Assembly (NCBI GenBank): GCA_016215315.1
Contig: JACRKG010000011.1
Coordinates: 537 to 64,536 of the forward strand
Length of the DNA stretch: 64,000 nucleotides
Direction of reading: 5' to 3'
Source: Candidatus Woesearchaeota archaeon
GTDB taxonomy: Archaea; Nanobdellota; Nanobdellia; Woesearchaeales; ARS49
In this document: positions 52,336-62,297 of the stretch, piece by piece
Position numbering within the stretch: the stretch's first letter is position 1
Layout: the number at the start of each line of letters is the position of its first letter
Program-made: the position numbers and the translations under genes
The notes under the pieces: model-generated
Seen by the model: the letters and a program-made list of their open reading frames with translations, nothing else
Told to the model about the DNA's origin: nothing
Database searches by the model: none

Positions 52336-54144
52336 GTGACTCAAATAAACATCACACATACAACGTGGAATTTTAGTCAGTTGTTTAATTCGGATAATGA
52401 TCCTAAAATAGAAGAAGAGAAGAAAATATTATTAAAAAAGAGTGAAGAATTTGTTAATAAGTGGAAGAATAGAACAGACTATTTAGAATCGCCAGAAGTT
52501 CTTAAAGAAGCGTTAGATGATTATGAAGCATGGCATAAAGATCATGGTAGTGACGGAAATCAAGGTTATTATTTTGGTTTAAGAATGTCCCAAGAATCTG
52601 ATAGTTCCGAATTAAAAGCTAAATTTAACAAATTAAAAGATGTTGCACTAAAAATAGGGAATGAAATGCAATTCTTTACTCACCGAATTGCCAGAATTCC
52701 TGAATATCAACAAAGAAAGTTTTTGGACTTTCAAGAATTGAAAGTCTACAAACATTTTCTTGAGCGTTTATTTGTTGAAGCAAAGCATTTATTGAGTGAA
52801 GATGAAGAAAAAATAATGACTTTAAAATATTCTACTTCTCATGCTAATTGGGCTAGAATGACTGATGAATTTCTTTCAAAAGAAGAATGTTCAATCATTG
52901 ATGAAGATGGAACTAAGAAATCTAAGAATTTTAATGAAGTAATTAGTTTAACTTCAAGCAAAAATAAACCAACCAGAGATTCGGCAGCTAAAGCAATCAA
53001 TAAAGTTTTTGAAAAATACATCGAAATCGGAGAAGCGGAAATGAATTCCATTTTTGAAAACAAAAAAGTAGATGATGAATTACGCAAATTTCAACGGCCT
53101 GAAAGCGATAGACATCTGAGTGATGATATTGATACCGAAGTTGTAGATGCTCTTTCAAAAGCGGTTTCTAAAAGATTTGATTTATCCCAAAAATATTACG
53201 AATTAAAAGCAAAACTATTTGGCGTAAAAAAATTAGAATATCATGAAAGAAATGTTCCTTATGGAGATCTTGACAAAAAATACTCCTATGACGAAGCAGT
53301 CGATTTGTGTTATGATGTTTTCAAGAATTTAGATTCCGAATTTGCAGCTATTTTCAAAAAATTAATTGAAGAAGGTCACGTCGACGTCTTTCCTAAAAAG
53401 GGAAAAACTGGTGGTGCTTTTTGTGCTTGTGATGGAACAAAGAAACCAACATATATTCTTCTTAATTTTACTGGAAAACTAAGGGATGCTGCAACAATAG
53501 CTCACGAAATGGGTCATGCAATTAATGATGAATTGATGAAAACAAAACAAAACGAATTAAGTTTTGGTGTTCCACTCTGCATTGCAGAAGTTTCTAGTAC
53601 TTTCATGGAAGATTTTGTTTTTGAAGAATTATTAAAAGAAGCAAATGAAGAATTAAGGCTTGCATTAATGTTTGAAAAATTAGGTGAAGAAATTTCTACA
53701 ATACCAAGACAAATTGCGTGTTATACTTTTGAGCAAGAAATGCATAAAACATTCAGAGAAAAAGGATACTTAAATAATAAAGAAATTGGCGAAATATTCC
53801 AAAAAAACATGAAATCATACATGGGCCCTTTTGTCAAGCAAAGTAAAGGTTCACAAAATTGGTGGTTGTATTGGAATCATATTAGAAGATTTTTTTACGT
53901 TTATTCATATGCATCAGGATTATTAATTTCAAAATCAATGCAGCATAAGTTAAGAAAAGATAAAAATTTTATTTTTAAAATTAAAGAATTCTTAAGTGCG
54001 GGAACTTCAGATTCTCCAAAAAACATTTTTTTAAGAATGGGCATAGATATTACTAATCAAGAATTCTGGAATGAAGGACTACTAGAAATAGAAACTTTAC
54101 TAAAAGAAACTGAAGAGTTAGCTAAAAAAATGGGAAAGATTTAA
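52336..54144 (+). CDS. pepF: oligoendopeptidase F (M3B family)
   Basis: HEMGH zinc motif (IAHEMGHAIND) and downstream Glu ligand region. 602 aa. Confidence 0.85.
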   Translation: MTQINITHTTWNFSQLFNSDNDPKIEEEKKILLKKSEEFVNKWKNRTDYLESPEVLKEALDDYEAWHKDHGSDGNQGYYFGLRMSQESDSSELKAKFNKLKDVALKIGNEMQFFTHRIARIPEYQQRKFLDFQELKVYKHFLERLFVEAKHLLSEDEEKIMTLKYSTSHANWARMTDEFLSKEECSIIDEDGTKKSKNFNEVISLTSSKNKPTRDSAAKAINKVFEKYIEIGEAEMNSIFENKKVDDELRKFQRPESDRHLSDDIDTEVVDALSKAVSKRFDLSQKYYELKAKLFGVKKLEYHERNVPYGDLDKKYSYDEAVDLCYDVFKNLDSEFAAIFKKLIEEGHVDVFPKKGKTGGAFCACDGTKKPTYILLNFTGKLRDAATIAHEMGHAINDELMKTKQNELSFGVPLCIAEVSSTFMEDFVFEELLKEANEELRLALMFEKLGEEISTIPRQIACYTFEQEMHKTFREKGYLNNKEIGEIFQKNMKSYMGPFVKQSKGSQNWWLYWNHIRRFFYVYSYASGLLISKSMQHKLRKDKNFIFKIKEFLSAGTSDSPKNIFLRMGIDITNQEFWNEGLLEIETLLKETEELAKKMGKI

Positions 54145-54431
54145 TTTTGTACAACTTCTAATTGCCCAAACTTTCCGGTGCTTAATTGTTTTTCGCCTTG
54201 ATATTCGCCAACCCAGCCTTTAGTTATTTTAACTTTATCTCCAACCTTAACTTGACCAACTTGCTCGTTCCATAAAGTTAATTTAACTTCGCCAGTTTCA
54301 TCTTTAGCTTTGCAATTGCACAATTGTCCTTCTTTACCAAACTTATTAAAAGTTTTAGGCTCTTGTTTTTCAACTATTTCCAAAACAATATCTACATTGC
54401 CTTTGTTTGCTTCTAAGTCTTTAACTTGCAT
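54141..54431 (-). CDS. single OB-fold nucleic-acid-binding protein (RPA/SSB-like)
   Basis: Beta-barrel pattern NVDIVLEIV...GEVKLTLWNEQ...KVKITKGWV typical of short archaeal OB-fold proteins. Confidence 0.55.
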   Translation of the reverse strand: MQVKDLEANKGNVDIVLEIVEKQEPKTFNKFGKEGQLCNCKAKDETGEVKLTLWNEQVGQVKVGDKVKITKGWVGEYQGEKQLSTGKFGQLEVVQN

Positions 54432-54477
54432 AATTCGAAAAAAGAAGTAAGTGTTTTTAAAGCTTTCCTAGATATTT

Positions 54478-55290
54478 TCATCCTCGTATCCCGTAAATCA
54501 TTCCTAGCATTGTGTTTATTTTTCTTGTTATTAGGTCGTTGAAGTATTCTGTTTTGGCGTATCTTTGTGCTCCGATTAGTTTTTGTACTTCATCAAATTT
54601 TTGTGGAGTAAAACTGTAGTATAAGTCATAGCATTTTTCTAAGTATTCTTGAATCTTTTTGTTTGGTGTTTTATTGAATAAAAGCATGTAATTAATGTCA
54701 TCTCCAATGTTTTCTAGTAAACTGCAAAGTTTTGAATAAAGAGTTACTAATTCATAATCTTTGTGTCCTTGTTTTATTAGTAATCTTAAGCAATAAGCAT
54801 GCAATTTGTTAAGGTTTTGATCGTATTTTTTTATTAATTCTTTATCTTGTTCTCTAGACATTTCTATTATTAACAAAAAACATCTTCTTAGTAATGTTTC
54901 AAAGTTTTCTGAAGCTTCCTTGGCTATGTCTTTTATTATCAAGTATTCTTTTTTGTGTTCGATTATTTCATAACCTATGCAACGATTACTAATAACATCA
55001 TAAACTTCACTTGTTTGTTTTGTATCTGCATTAATTATTTTTATTTCATCTACTCCTTTTTTGTACAGTATTTGTAAAACGCGAGTTAGTGAATGCCTTA
55101 ATATTTTAGCATCCACTGTCGCTTTTGTTTTCTCAATTCCCTCTGGTTTTATTACTAACGCCGACCCCGTAATAGACAAATCAACTTGCCTAGATTTTTC
55201 TAAACCGTACTTTTTTACCCATTCTATTGGCAAAGTAATTGTGTAAGAACTTCGTTCTTTAGGTCCTTGTGTGGTGAGTTTCCTTTGCAT
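54478..55290 (-). CDS. PhoU-family phosphate uptake regulator with N-terminal AbrB/SpoVT domain
   Basis: ITLPIEWVKKYGLEKSRQVDLSITGSALVIKP (swapped hairpin) then two PhoU-like three-helix repeats. Confidence 0.7.
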   Translation of the reverse strand: MQRKLTTQGPKERSSYTITLPIEWVKKYGLEKSRQVDLSITGSALVIKPEGIEKTKATVDAKILRHSLTRVLQILYKKGVDEIKIINADTKQTSEVYDVISNRCIGYEIIEHKKEYLIIKDIAKEASENFETLLRRCFLLIIEMSREQDKELIKKYDQNLNKLHAYCLRLLIKQGHKDYELVTLYSKLCSLLENIGDDINYMLLFNKTPNKKIQEYLEKCYDLYYSFTPQKFDEVQKLIGAQRYAKTEYFNDLITRKINTMLGMIYGIRG

Positions 55291-55405
55291 AGAAAATGCT
55301 TGCGCATTTTCTATATATAAATATTTCGCAATATTACTATATATTTGTAATAGGGTTAAATATAAATAGCTTACAAACTTATTTTATTTACCGGAGGTAA
55401 ATAAA

Positions 55406-55933
55406 ATGAAAACAAATTACGAACAAAAAGCGAAGCTTTTTGCGTACAAAGCGCATGATGGAGTGTTAAGAAAGGATGGAGTTACACCTTACATAGAGCA
55501 TCCTAAGGCAGTTGTTGGAATACTCAGATCGGTAGGAATACAAGACGATGTAATATTATCTGCAGCTTGGCTTCACGATGTTGTTGAAGATTGCGATGTT
55601 AGTTTAGAGACTGTTAGAAAAGAATTCGGAGATAGTGTTGCTAACTTAGTTGATGGAATGACTCAGAGAAATGACAAAAACGAAAGCGATGAAGAATACC
55701 ACAACAGAATAATAAGCAATAACAATGATGTGAGAACTATCAAGTTAGCGGATGTACTGCACAACATGAGAAGCATTACAAGCATACCCAAGAAAGAATG
55801 CAGAGTTAAAGTATACAACAGTATGAGAAACTCTTGGACTGATTACAAAGTGTTTGCGCATGAAGTCTGCTCAGACTTATCAGAAATGATTGAAGAAGCT
55901 TACCAAAAAGCCAGTAAGCAATTGGAGGTATAA
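55406..55933 (+). CDS. HD-domain phosphohydrolase, (p)ppGpp-hydrolase-like
   Basis: HPKAV...AWLHDVVED HD motif, like the RelA/SpoT hydrolase domain. Confidence 0.65.
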   Translation: MKTNYEQKAKLFAYKAHDGVLRKDGVTPYIEHPKAVVGILRSVGIQDDVILSAAWLHDVVEDCDVSLETVRKEFGDSVANLVDGMTQRNDKNESDEEYHNRIISNNNDVRTIKLADVLHNMRSITSIPKKECRVKVYNSMRNSWTDYKVFAHEVCSDLSEMIEEAYQKASKQLEV

Positions 55934-56047
55934 ATATGAAAAACAAAACAGTTGTCTGCCAAGATTGGTTGGAGAGTGAAGCGAGTAGAATAAGAAATGA
56001 AGGTAAATAAAGTATATTCCTGCGAAAGTATTAAATAATTATTACTT

Positions 56048-56506
56048 TTGATTATTTTGATGAGTATTGAAACTGAATTGCATAATCAGCTTCCAAGTCT
56101 TGAAGGTATTCTTGATGTTGTTCAAAAGATTCCAATAGATCATTGGTCTGTTAAGAAAATACATGTTAAAGGATTAGAACCTTCACTTAGTGATCACTAC
56201 TTGTTCGTTGCTAGATATGGACAAATGGTTCAATTAGATAAAAGAGGAATATATAGAATAGAAATTAAAGCGCCAGTTCCTACTGCTCCAAGAAATTTGA
56301 GTGATTTGGCAAAAAGAAGTCCAAAAGATATCATAATGCCTTTGGGTGAGTATACTTTAACTTTTTCTAAAGGCGAAGAAAACCACGCCGAAATAAGCAC
56401 AGTATTTAATGGGAGTATAATCTGGGGAGATCAAATTAATACCGCAATAAATCGAGAATACAAAAGACTACTAGTAGCATATGCAAAATACAAAACTAGC
56501 AAATAA
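56048..56506 (+). CDS. hypothetical protein
   Basis: 152-aa ORF, no motif. Confidence 0.4.
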   Translation: MIILMSIETELHNQLPSLEGILDVVQKIPIDHWSVKKIHVKGLEPSLSDHYLFVARYGQMVQLDKRGIYRIEIKAPVPTAPRNLSDLAKRSPKDIIMPLGEYTLTFSKGEENHAEISTVFNGSIIWGDQINTAINREYKRLLVAYAKYKTSK

Positions 56507-56519
56507 GATCAAATTATTC

Positions 56520-57422
56520 TCAGCCCATGTGCGCATGCTTATGACTTAATACTTCGTAGAATGAGTCAAATATTGGTTTATCCGAGGAGAAGCTGTAGAA
56601 TTCTGCTCCTGCTTCGTCGCATGCTTTTAGTATTTCATTTTTGTGTTTTGCTAGGTTTAGTAAGTATTGCTTTCTTAAGTATGGGTTAACATAAGTTCTT
56701 AGTTGTTCTTTGCTTTCTAAATCTCTTAATTTAAAGTCTCCATCTAAATTTAAGTCTGCTTCTACTGGATCTAAGACTTGTATTAGTTTTACTTCGTTAT
56801 GTTTTAGTTTTAGTAATGTTGTTCTTATTTGGTCTATATCATATAAGAAGTCAGAAATCAGTATTATTAGTGATTTGGTATTGATTACTTTTTTGTAAGA
56901 GGATAATGATTCTTGTAAGTTTGATAGTCCTTGAGGTTTTTCATTGTTTAAGTGGTCTAATAGTACCATTAATTGTTGTCTTCCTCTTTTTGGTCTGAAT
57001 ATTGTTAGTTTGTCAGCAAATGTTGATAGAACAAATTTTTCGTTGTTTTTCATTGCCATAAATGCAAAGCCTATTCCTAGCATTGATGCATATTCAGATT
57101 TTTTTAGCTTGGCACTTTTGAAGTCCATGCTTGCGCTGAAATCTACAATTACGTGAATGGTTAAGTTTCTTTCTTCTTCGAATCTTTTAATGAATAATTT
57201 GTCTGTTCTTCCAAATACTTTCCAGTCTATTGCTCTGAAGTTTTCTCCAGGACTATAGATGGTGTAATCTTTGAATACTAATCCTTCTCCAGTATGCTTA
57301 CTTACTCTTTCTCCAGTGTAGTTTGAAGTAATTCGTTTGTTAATTATTAAACTCATCCTATCAAGGTGATCCAAGAACTCTATGTCAATCATAGTAAAAC
57401 CTCTTGGTTTTACCGACATCAA
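56520..57422 (-). CDS. DUF58 (vWA-like) protein, MoxR-associated
   Basis: HVIVDFSASMDF (D-x-S-x-S-like) and position downstream of MoxR. Confidence 0.65.
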   Translation of the reverse strand: MMSVKPRGFTMIDIEFLDHLDRMSLIINKRITSNYTGERVSKHTGEGLVFKDYTIYSPGENFRAIDWKVFGRTDKLFIKRFEEERNLTIHVIVDFSASMDFKSAKLKKSEYASMLGIGFAFMAMKNNEKFVLSTFADKLTIFRPKRGRQQLMVLLDHLNNEKPQGLSNLQESLSSYKKVINTKSLIILISDFLYDIDQIRTTLLKLKHNEVKLIQVLDPVEADLNLDGDFKLRDLESKEQLRTYVNPYLRKQYLLNLAKHKNEILKACDEAGAEFYSFSSDKPIFDSFYEVLSHKHAHMG

Positions 57423-57502
57423 CGGTGTCTAATGGAGTCATAAATATTTGTAGGTGTCGGGGAAGGTCGCGGGAGTCAAAAACATTTTCTAGACTTTTCA
57501 TT

Positions 57503-58438
57503 TTAAAGGATTTTTTTAATTACATCATCTACTTTTAGATTGCTTTTTTCTGCTTCAAACGTAGGTATTATTCTGTGTCTTAGTATTGGTAGTGCCATGT
57601 TTTTTACGTCATCTTTGCTTACGTATTTTCTTCCGTTTAGTAATGCTCTTGCTTTTGCTGAAATTACTAGTCCTAGTGATGCTCTTGGTGATGCTCCGTA
57701 TTCTATTAGTTGTGGGCTATTTCTTGTTTTTGTTACTATGTCGACTGCGTATTTTTTTATGTCGTTTGCTATTGGTATGCTTTTTGATAGTTGTTGTAGT
57801 TGCAATAATTCTGCTTTTTTTAGTACAACTCTTACTTTTGCTTCTTCTGCTTGTTCTGCATACCTGTTTACTATTTCTAGTTCTTCTTGAAATGTGGGGT
57901 ATGAAACATTGATTTTTAGCAAGAATCTGTCGCTTTGCGCTTCTGGTAATGGATAGGTTCCTTCTTGTTCGATTGGGTTTTGTGTTGCTAGTACAAAGAA
58001 TGGTTTGTCTAATTGGTATGTTGTGTTTCCTACTGTTACTTGTCTTTCTTGCATCGCTTCTAAGAGTGCTGATTGTGTTTTTGGTGTTGCTCTGTTGATT
58101 TCGTCTGCTAAAACCAGATTTGCGAATACTGGTCCTGGTTGGAATTTGAAGTTTCTTTTTCCTCCAGTTGTTTCTTCTATTAAGTATGTTCCTGTGATGT
58201 CTGATGGCATTAAGTCTGGAGTGTTTTGTATTCTTGAGAATTTTAGTTCCATCATTTCTGCCATGGTTTTTACTACTAGTGTTTTTGCTAGTCCGGGATA
58301 TCCTTCTAGTAGTGCGTGTGCGTTGCATAGTAATGCTATCATTACTTCTCCAACCATTTCTTCTTGCCCTACTATTACTCTTCCCACTTCCGAGAATGAT
58401 TTATCAATTAATTTTTTTGCGTCAGCAACTTTCATCAT
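57503..58438 (-). CDS. MoxR-family AAA+ ATPase
   Basis: LLEGYPGLAKT Walker A, LADEINRA Walker B, MoxR-specific NPIEQEGTYPLPEAQSDRF. Confidence 0.85.
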   Translation of the reverse strand: MMKVADAKKLIDKSFSEVGRVIVGQEEMVGEVMIALLCNAHALLEGYPGLAKTLVVKTMAEMMELKFSRIQNTPDLMPSDITGTYLIEETTGGKRNFKFQPGPVFANLVLADEINRATPKTQSALLEAMQERQVTVGNTTYQLDKPFFVLATQNPIEQEGTYPLPEAQSDRFLLKINVSYPTFQEELEIVNRYAEQAEEAKVRVVLKKAELLQLQQLSKSIPIANDIKKYAVDIVTKTRNSPQLIEYGASPRASLGLVISAKARALLNGRKYVSKDDVKNMALPILRHRIIPTFEAEKSNLKVDDVIKKIL

Positions 58439-58560
58439 ATTTTTTCCTCCGGAAAAAATCTATTATTCCTCACTTCGTTCGGAACATAAATATTTTCCTA
58501 TACTACTTCTTTTTTTGTTTTTTGTTGAGAATTTTAAAAACGAAGCTTCGTTTTTAAATT

Positions 58561-59343
58561 CTACTTGCTTATTCTGCTAAAATAATCTTTAACTATTAAA
58601 TGATAATCTTCAGGTATGTTCTCTTGATAGCTTACGTCTGATGTTGCTTTTATTTCTTTTGGTTTATAATTGCTTTCAAAAGTGTTTTTTTCGGGATCTT
58701 TAATTTTGCTTATATCAATATCGGTTTGTACTGGGCTTAATACTAGTTGTAGTTCTTGGTAGCCTAGTTCTGCTATTGATTTGTTTCCGTAAATATCCTC
58801 TAATTTTTGTGATTCATTTAAGTAAAGTGTTTCGTCTTGAACATTATATGCAGGTAATTGGGCTATTTTTTCTTTTAAGTTGGACAATAAATCTGCAAAG
58901 TTTAGTAGTGAGATGTTTGCTGCTGCAATAAATATAATCAAAAAGGACAATATTACTAATAGAGTTATTCTTCCAGTTATTTGGCCAAATTTTAGGAATA
59001 CTGCGTTGTTTATCATTCCCATCTTTTTGAGTACTTCTTCATTAAGTTCATTGATCACAGAATCGTCTTTGTGTAAATTGTCTGCAACTGTTCTTAGTTG
59101 TTCTCTTAAGAAGGGAACTCTTCTTTCTATGTATTCAAAATGAGCTGATTTGATTACATACCAAGTGTGAAGCAGTAAGTATAAAACAAAGGGAATAAAT
59201 GTGTAATAGAAAGGTATTTGTATTAATAAAAACACTAAGAAGAATATAGAAAAAACAACCAAACTATCTATTAAACTATTTGTGGCTGCCATTATTACTA
59301 CATTAAATTTCAATTCCCTCAGTGCTTTCTCAATTGTTTTCAT
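58561..59343 (-). CDS. hypothetical membrane protein (4 TM)
   Basis: Part of the Bat-like operon. Confidence 0.5.
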   Translation of the reverse strand: MKTIEKALRELKFNVVIMAATNSLIDSLVVFSIFFLVFLLIQIPFYYTFIPFVLYLLLHTWYVIKSAHFEYIERRVPFLREQLRTVADNLHKDDSVINELNEEVLKKMGMINNAVFLKFGQITGRITLLVILSFLIIFIAAANISLLNFADLLSNLKEKIAQLPAYNVQDETLYLNESQKLEDIYGNKSIAELGYQELQLVLSPVQTDIDISKIKDPEKNTFESNYKPKEIKATSDVSYQENIPEDYHLIVKDYFSRISK

Positions 59344-59344
59344 C

Positions 59345-59875
59345 TTATGAATTTTGGCAAGCAGCTAGACTGCTTTTGCAAGATGCTAATGAGTTGCTCA
59401 AACTATTAACGTTATCTTTGTAAGAATTACTTAATGCTATTAGTTCATTCACTTTTTCTTGTAATTGGTTGTTTGAGGCTTCAAGGTTGGCGTAATCGAA
59501 TTCTAATTTTTGATTTCTTGTTTTTAAATTATTATTCAGAATTTCTAAGTCGTCAGATTTTAACTTAAACTGGTCTTTTTCTTTGGCCACTTTGTCTTTT
59601 TCTGTTTTTACTTCTTGATATTTTTGGCTGAATTCTTCTTCACGTTCTGATTTAGTTGATAATTCTGTTTCTATTTTTTTAAGTAGTGCTTGTTTTTGTT
59701 CTAACTCTTGTTTTATTCCTGTTAGATCAGTATTTAGTCCGGAATATTCTGAATTTATTTTTTTAAATGTATAATTAAAATAAACTGTTGCTGATACTAG
59801 CCCTAATGAAGCTAGAAGTATCAGGAACAAAAGGAACAAGTTTGCATTTTTTGTTATGAAAGCCATACTATTCAC
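59345..59875 (-). CDS. membrane-anchored coiled-coil protein
   Basis: N-terminal TM, then heptad repeats rich in K/E/Q/L. Confidence 0.5.
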   Translation of the reverse strand: MNSMAFITKNANLFLLFLILLASLGLVSATVYFNYTFKKINSEYSGLNTDLTGIKQELEQKQALLKKIETELSTKSEREEEFSQKYQEVKTEKDKVAKEKDQFKLKSDDLEILNNNLKTRNQKLEFDYANLEASNNQLQEKVNELIALSNSYKDNVNSLSNSLASCKSSLAACQNS

Positions 59876-62297
59876 TTCGGAAATAACGCCTTATAAATAT
59901 TTCTATTAAAAACAAAATCATTGCAGCCAATAAGAATGGCCACCTGAGTGTTTCTTTTGAAGTTACCACTCTTTTTGATCTCGTTTTTGCGTATTCATAA
60001 ATGCCATTTATATCACTTGGTTCAAACATTAGTCCACCTGTTGAGCTGACAAAATTTCTTAGTTCTTGATTAAGTCCTAAGTTTTGGTATTCTAAAGGAT
60101 AATTGCTTGCAAAAGTCGAGGATAATACTTCTTGGAAGCCTATTTTTTCTGGAACTACTGTTGTTTGATATGTGTTTTCGTCTGTTTTGTAAAAAGTATG
60201 TTCTGGACTTTTTGGTTGTTGTTTTGATTTTATTGTTAAAATTGCAGGTTCTCCCACTCTTGTATCTTTTACATTGATTCCTTCCTCTAGTTTTCTGTCG
60301 GGTTCTCCTATTGCCCAGTTTAGTGATCTTACTAGTATTTTTGAATTTTTACCGCTCATTAATTCTGCAGCCCACACACTTCCATCATCTATTGCATATG
60401 CTCCAACTCTTCCTAGACCTACTCTCCACACTGCAAATATTGGGTCTCCTTTGTTTGTTGTTAATAGTAATCTTGCAGATGTTTTTGGTACTACGTCATT
60501 AAATCCATAAATTGAAGCACTTATGTTTGCTAAGTCGTTTGTTATGAAATGGTTGCTGTTTAGTACTGTGAGTGTTGGTGTTTTTGTTTTATCTTCGTCT
60601 AGATCTCCAAATAATATTTTTATTTTTGATACTTCATCTGCTTTGAAGAATACTCCATTTGTTAGTTCTGCTATTCTCATCATTGCTAAATCATCAGTTT
60701 TTTCTCCAACTCCAACTGTGTATATTCTTGCTCCTATGTTTGCTGCTTTTTTTGCCGCTTCATAAGCCACATTTATTGTTTCTGCAGTGTCTTTTCCATC
60801 GCTAATTAGGATTATGTTTTTGCTTCCAGGAACTGTTTCTAATAATTGTTCTGCTTTTAATATTCCTTGACTTATTGCTGTACTGCTGAAGTGTTTTAGT
60901 TTGGATATTCTTTCCTCAACATCTCCTTTTGAGAATAATATTTCCATTGGAGATACTAGGTATGCTTGGAAGTTGAATGCTACTACTGCCAACCGTACAT
61001 TAGGTCGGATGTTTTTTAGTACATCTAGAGCTAATGCTTTTTCTACGTCTACAGATAATACTCCTTCTGCAAGTTGTGCTCCTTGACTTCCCGAAATATC
61101 AACAACTATCACTATGTTCATGTCGCTTTCTTTTCTTCCTGCTTTTCCTACTTGTACTGGCATGATTAGTGTTTCAAAAGGAGAAGCTCTGTATAAACCG
61201 TCGTTGTAACTGTTGTATCCTCCAAATACTAGCATTCCGTTACCATCTCTTAAATATTCTAATAATGTATCCACATGAGGATTTAGATCGTTTGAGTGTA
61301 CATCATTTACCATTACTGCGTATGCGTCTTTTAATAACTCTTTAAGTTGCGACTCTTCAGGCATATAAGGCAGTTCTTTTACTTTTACTACTTGTTCAAG
61401 AAGTGTTTTGATTGGTGATTTTGGATTTTTTGAGATTAATAATACTTGGGGTTGTGGAACTACTTGTACTGATTTGTAGAATGCATTATTTTCTTGAATA
61501 TCATCATTAACTGAGATTTCTGCGCTTACTTTATGGAAGCCTGTTGCGAATTTTTGTGATACAGTTACTATTTTTTCAGTAGTTACTTGTTCGTAAACGA
61601 TTTTTCCATCAATTGTTACTTTTAATGGTACACTACTTATTTTTCCTACTTTGTTTATCATTATGTTAAATGTATTTTCTACGTCTTCTGTTGATTTGTC
61701 CGGTCCTTGTATTGAAACGCTTGCTTCATCTTTTACTTGAGCTAATTGTACTCCATTAATTGTACTGTTAAGGTTGCTTGCATACAATACTACATCCCCT
61801 AAGGAAGTTCCTTTTGTTACTTGTCCATCGCTCACTAGTAATATGTTATCATTTTTGCTTAATTGACTTAGTACTTCATCACCTAACTCGCTTTCTTCTC
61901 TTCTTCCTATTGTCATTACTTGGACATCTATTTTATCTCTTAATGCATCAATGCTAGATTGAGGAAATGAGTCTAGAACAGACATACTGCTTGAATTGTC
62001 TATTAATATTTTGAGGAAAAGATCTCCTTGAATTTCTTTTTCAACTTCAACATAATATCCCGTTAATGCAAGAAGTAATAAGAAAAAGATTATTGTTCTG
62101 CTTATCAAAACCATCTTTTGAACTAATAAACGTTTTTGTTTCACATGTTCTTCTTCTTGTAATTTTAAGTATTCTCCTTTAATAAAATACCAAAGTATGA
62201 AGAATATAGGAATTATTAATAACAATAACCACGCTTTTTCCATGCTTAAAGATATGTTAAAAAAATACAGTAGTTTTTCTATTGTTTCAATCATCAT
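59868..62297 (-). CDS. vWA domain membrane protein (BatB-like, two vWA modules)
   Basis: N-terminal TM pair. ILIDNSSSMS and IVIVVDISGSQG MIDAS motifs. C-terminal TM. Confidence 0.7.
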   Translation of the reverse strand: MMIETIEKLLYFFNISLSMEKAWLLLLIIPIFFILWYFIKGEYLKLQEEEHVKQKRLLVQKMVLISRTIIFFLLLLALTGYYVEVEKEIQGDLFLKILIDNSSSMSVLDSFPQSSIDALRDKIDVQVMTIGRREESELGDEVLSQLSKNDNILLVSDGQVTKGTSLGDVVLYASNLNSTINGVQLAQVKDEASVSIQGPDKSTEDVENTFNIMINKVGKISSVPLKVTIDGKIVYEQVTTEKIVTVSQKFATGFHKVSAEISVNDDIQENNAFYKSVQVVPQPQVLLISKNPKSPIKTLLEQVVKVKELPYMPEESQLKELLKDAYAVMVNDVHSNDLNPHVDTLLEYLRDGNGMLVFGGYNSYNDGLYRASPFETLIMPVQVGKAGRKESDMNIVIVVDISGSQGAQLAEGVLSVDVEKALALDVLKNIRPNVRLAVVAFNFQAYLVSPMEILFSKGDVEERISKLKHFSSTAISQGILKAEQLLETVPGSKNIILISDGKDTAETINVAYEAAKKAANIGARIYTVGVGEKTDDLAMMRIAELTNGVFFKADEVSKIKILFGDLDEDKTKTPTLTVLNSNHFITNDLANISASIYGFNDVVPKTSARLLLTTNKGDPIFAVWRVGLGRVGAYAIDDGSVWAAELMSGKNSKILVRSLNWAIGEPDRKLEEGINVKDTRVGEPAILTIKSKQQPKSPEHTFYKTDENTYQTTVVPEKIGFQEVLSSTFASNYPLEYQNLGLNQELRNFVSSTGGLMFEPSDINGIYEYAKTRSKRVVTSKETLRWPFLLAAMILFLIEIFIRRYFRSE

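Noticed and set aside
57586-58580. ORFs 57586..57912(+), 57717..58328(-), 58005..58580(+), 58204..58557(+)
   Set aside because: Alternative-frame or antisense ORFs within the MoxR gene. Leu/Arg-rich low-complexity translations. MoxR itself has unambiguous Walker and MoxR-specific motifs.
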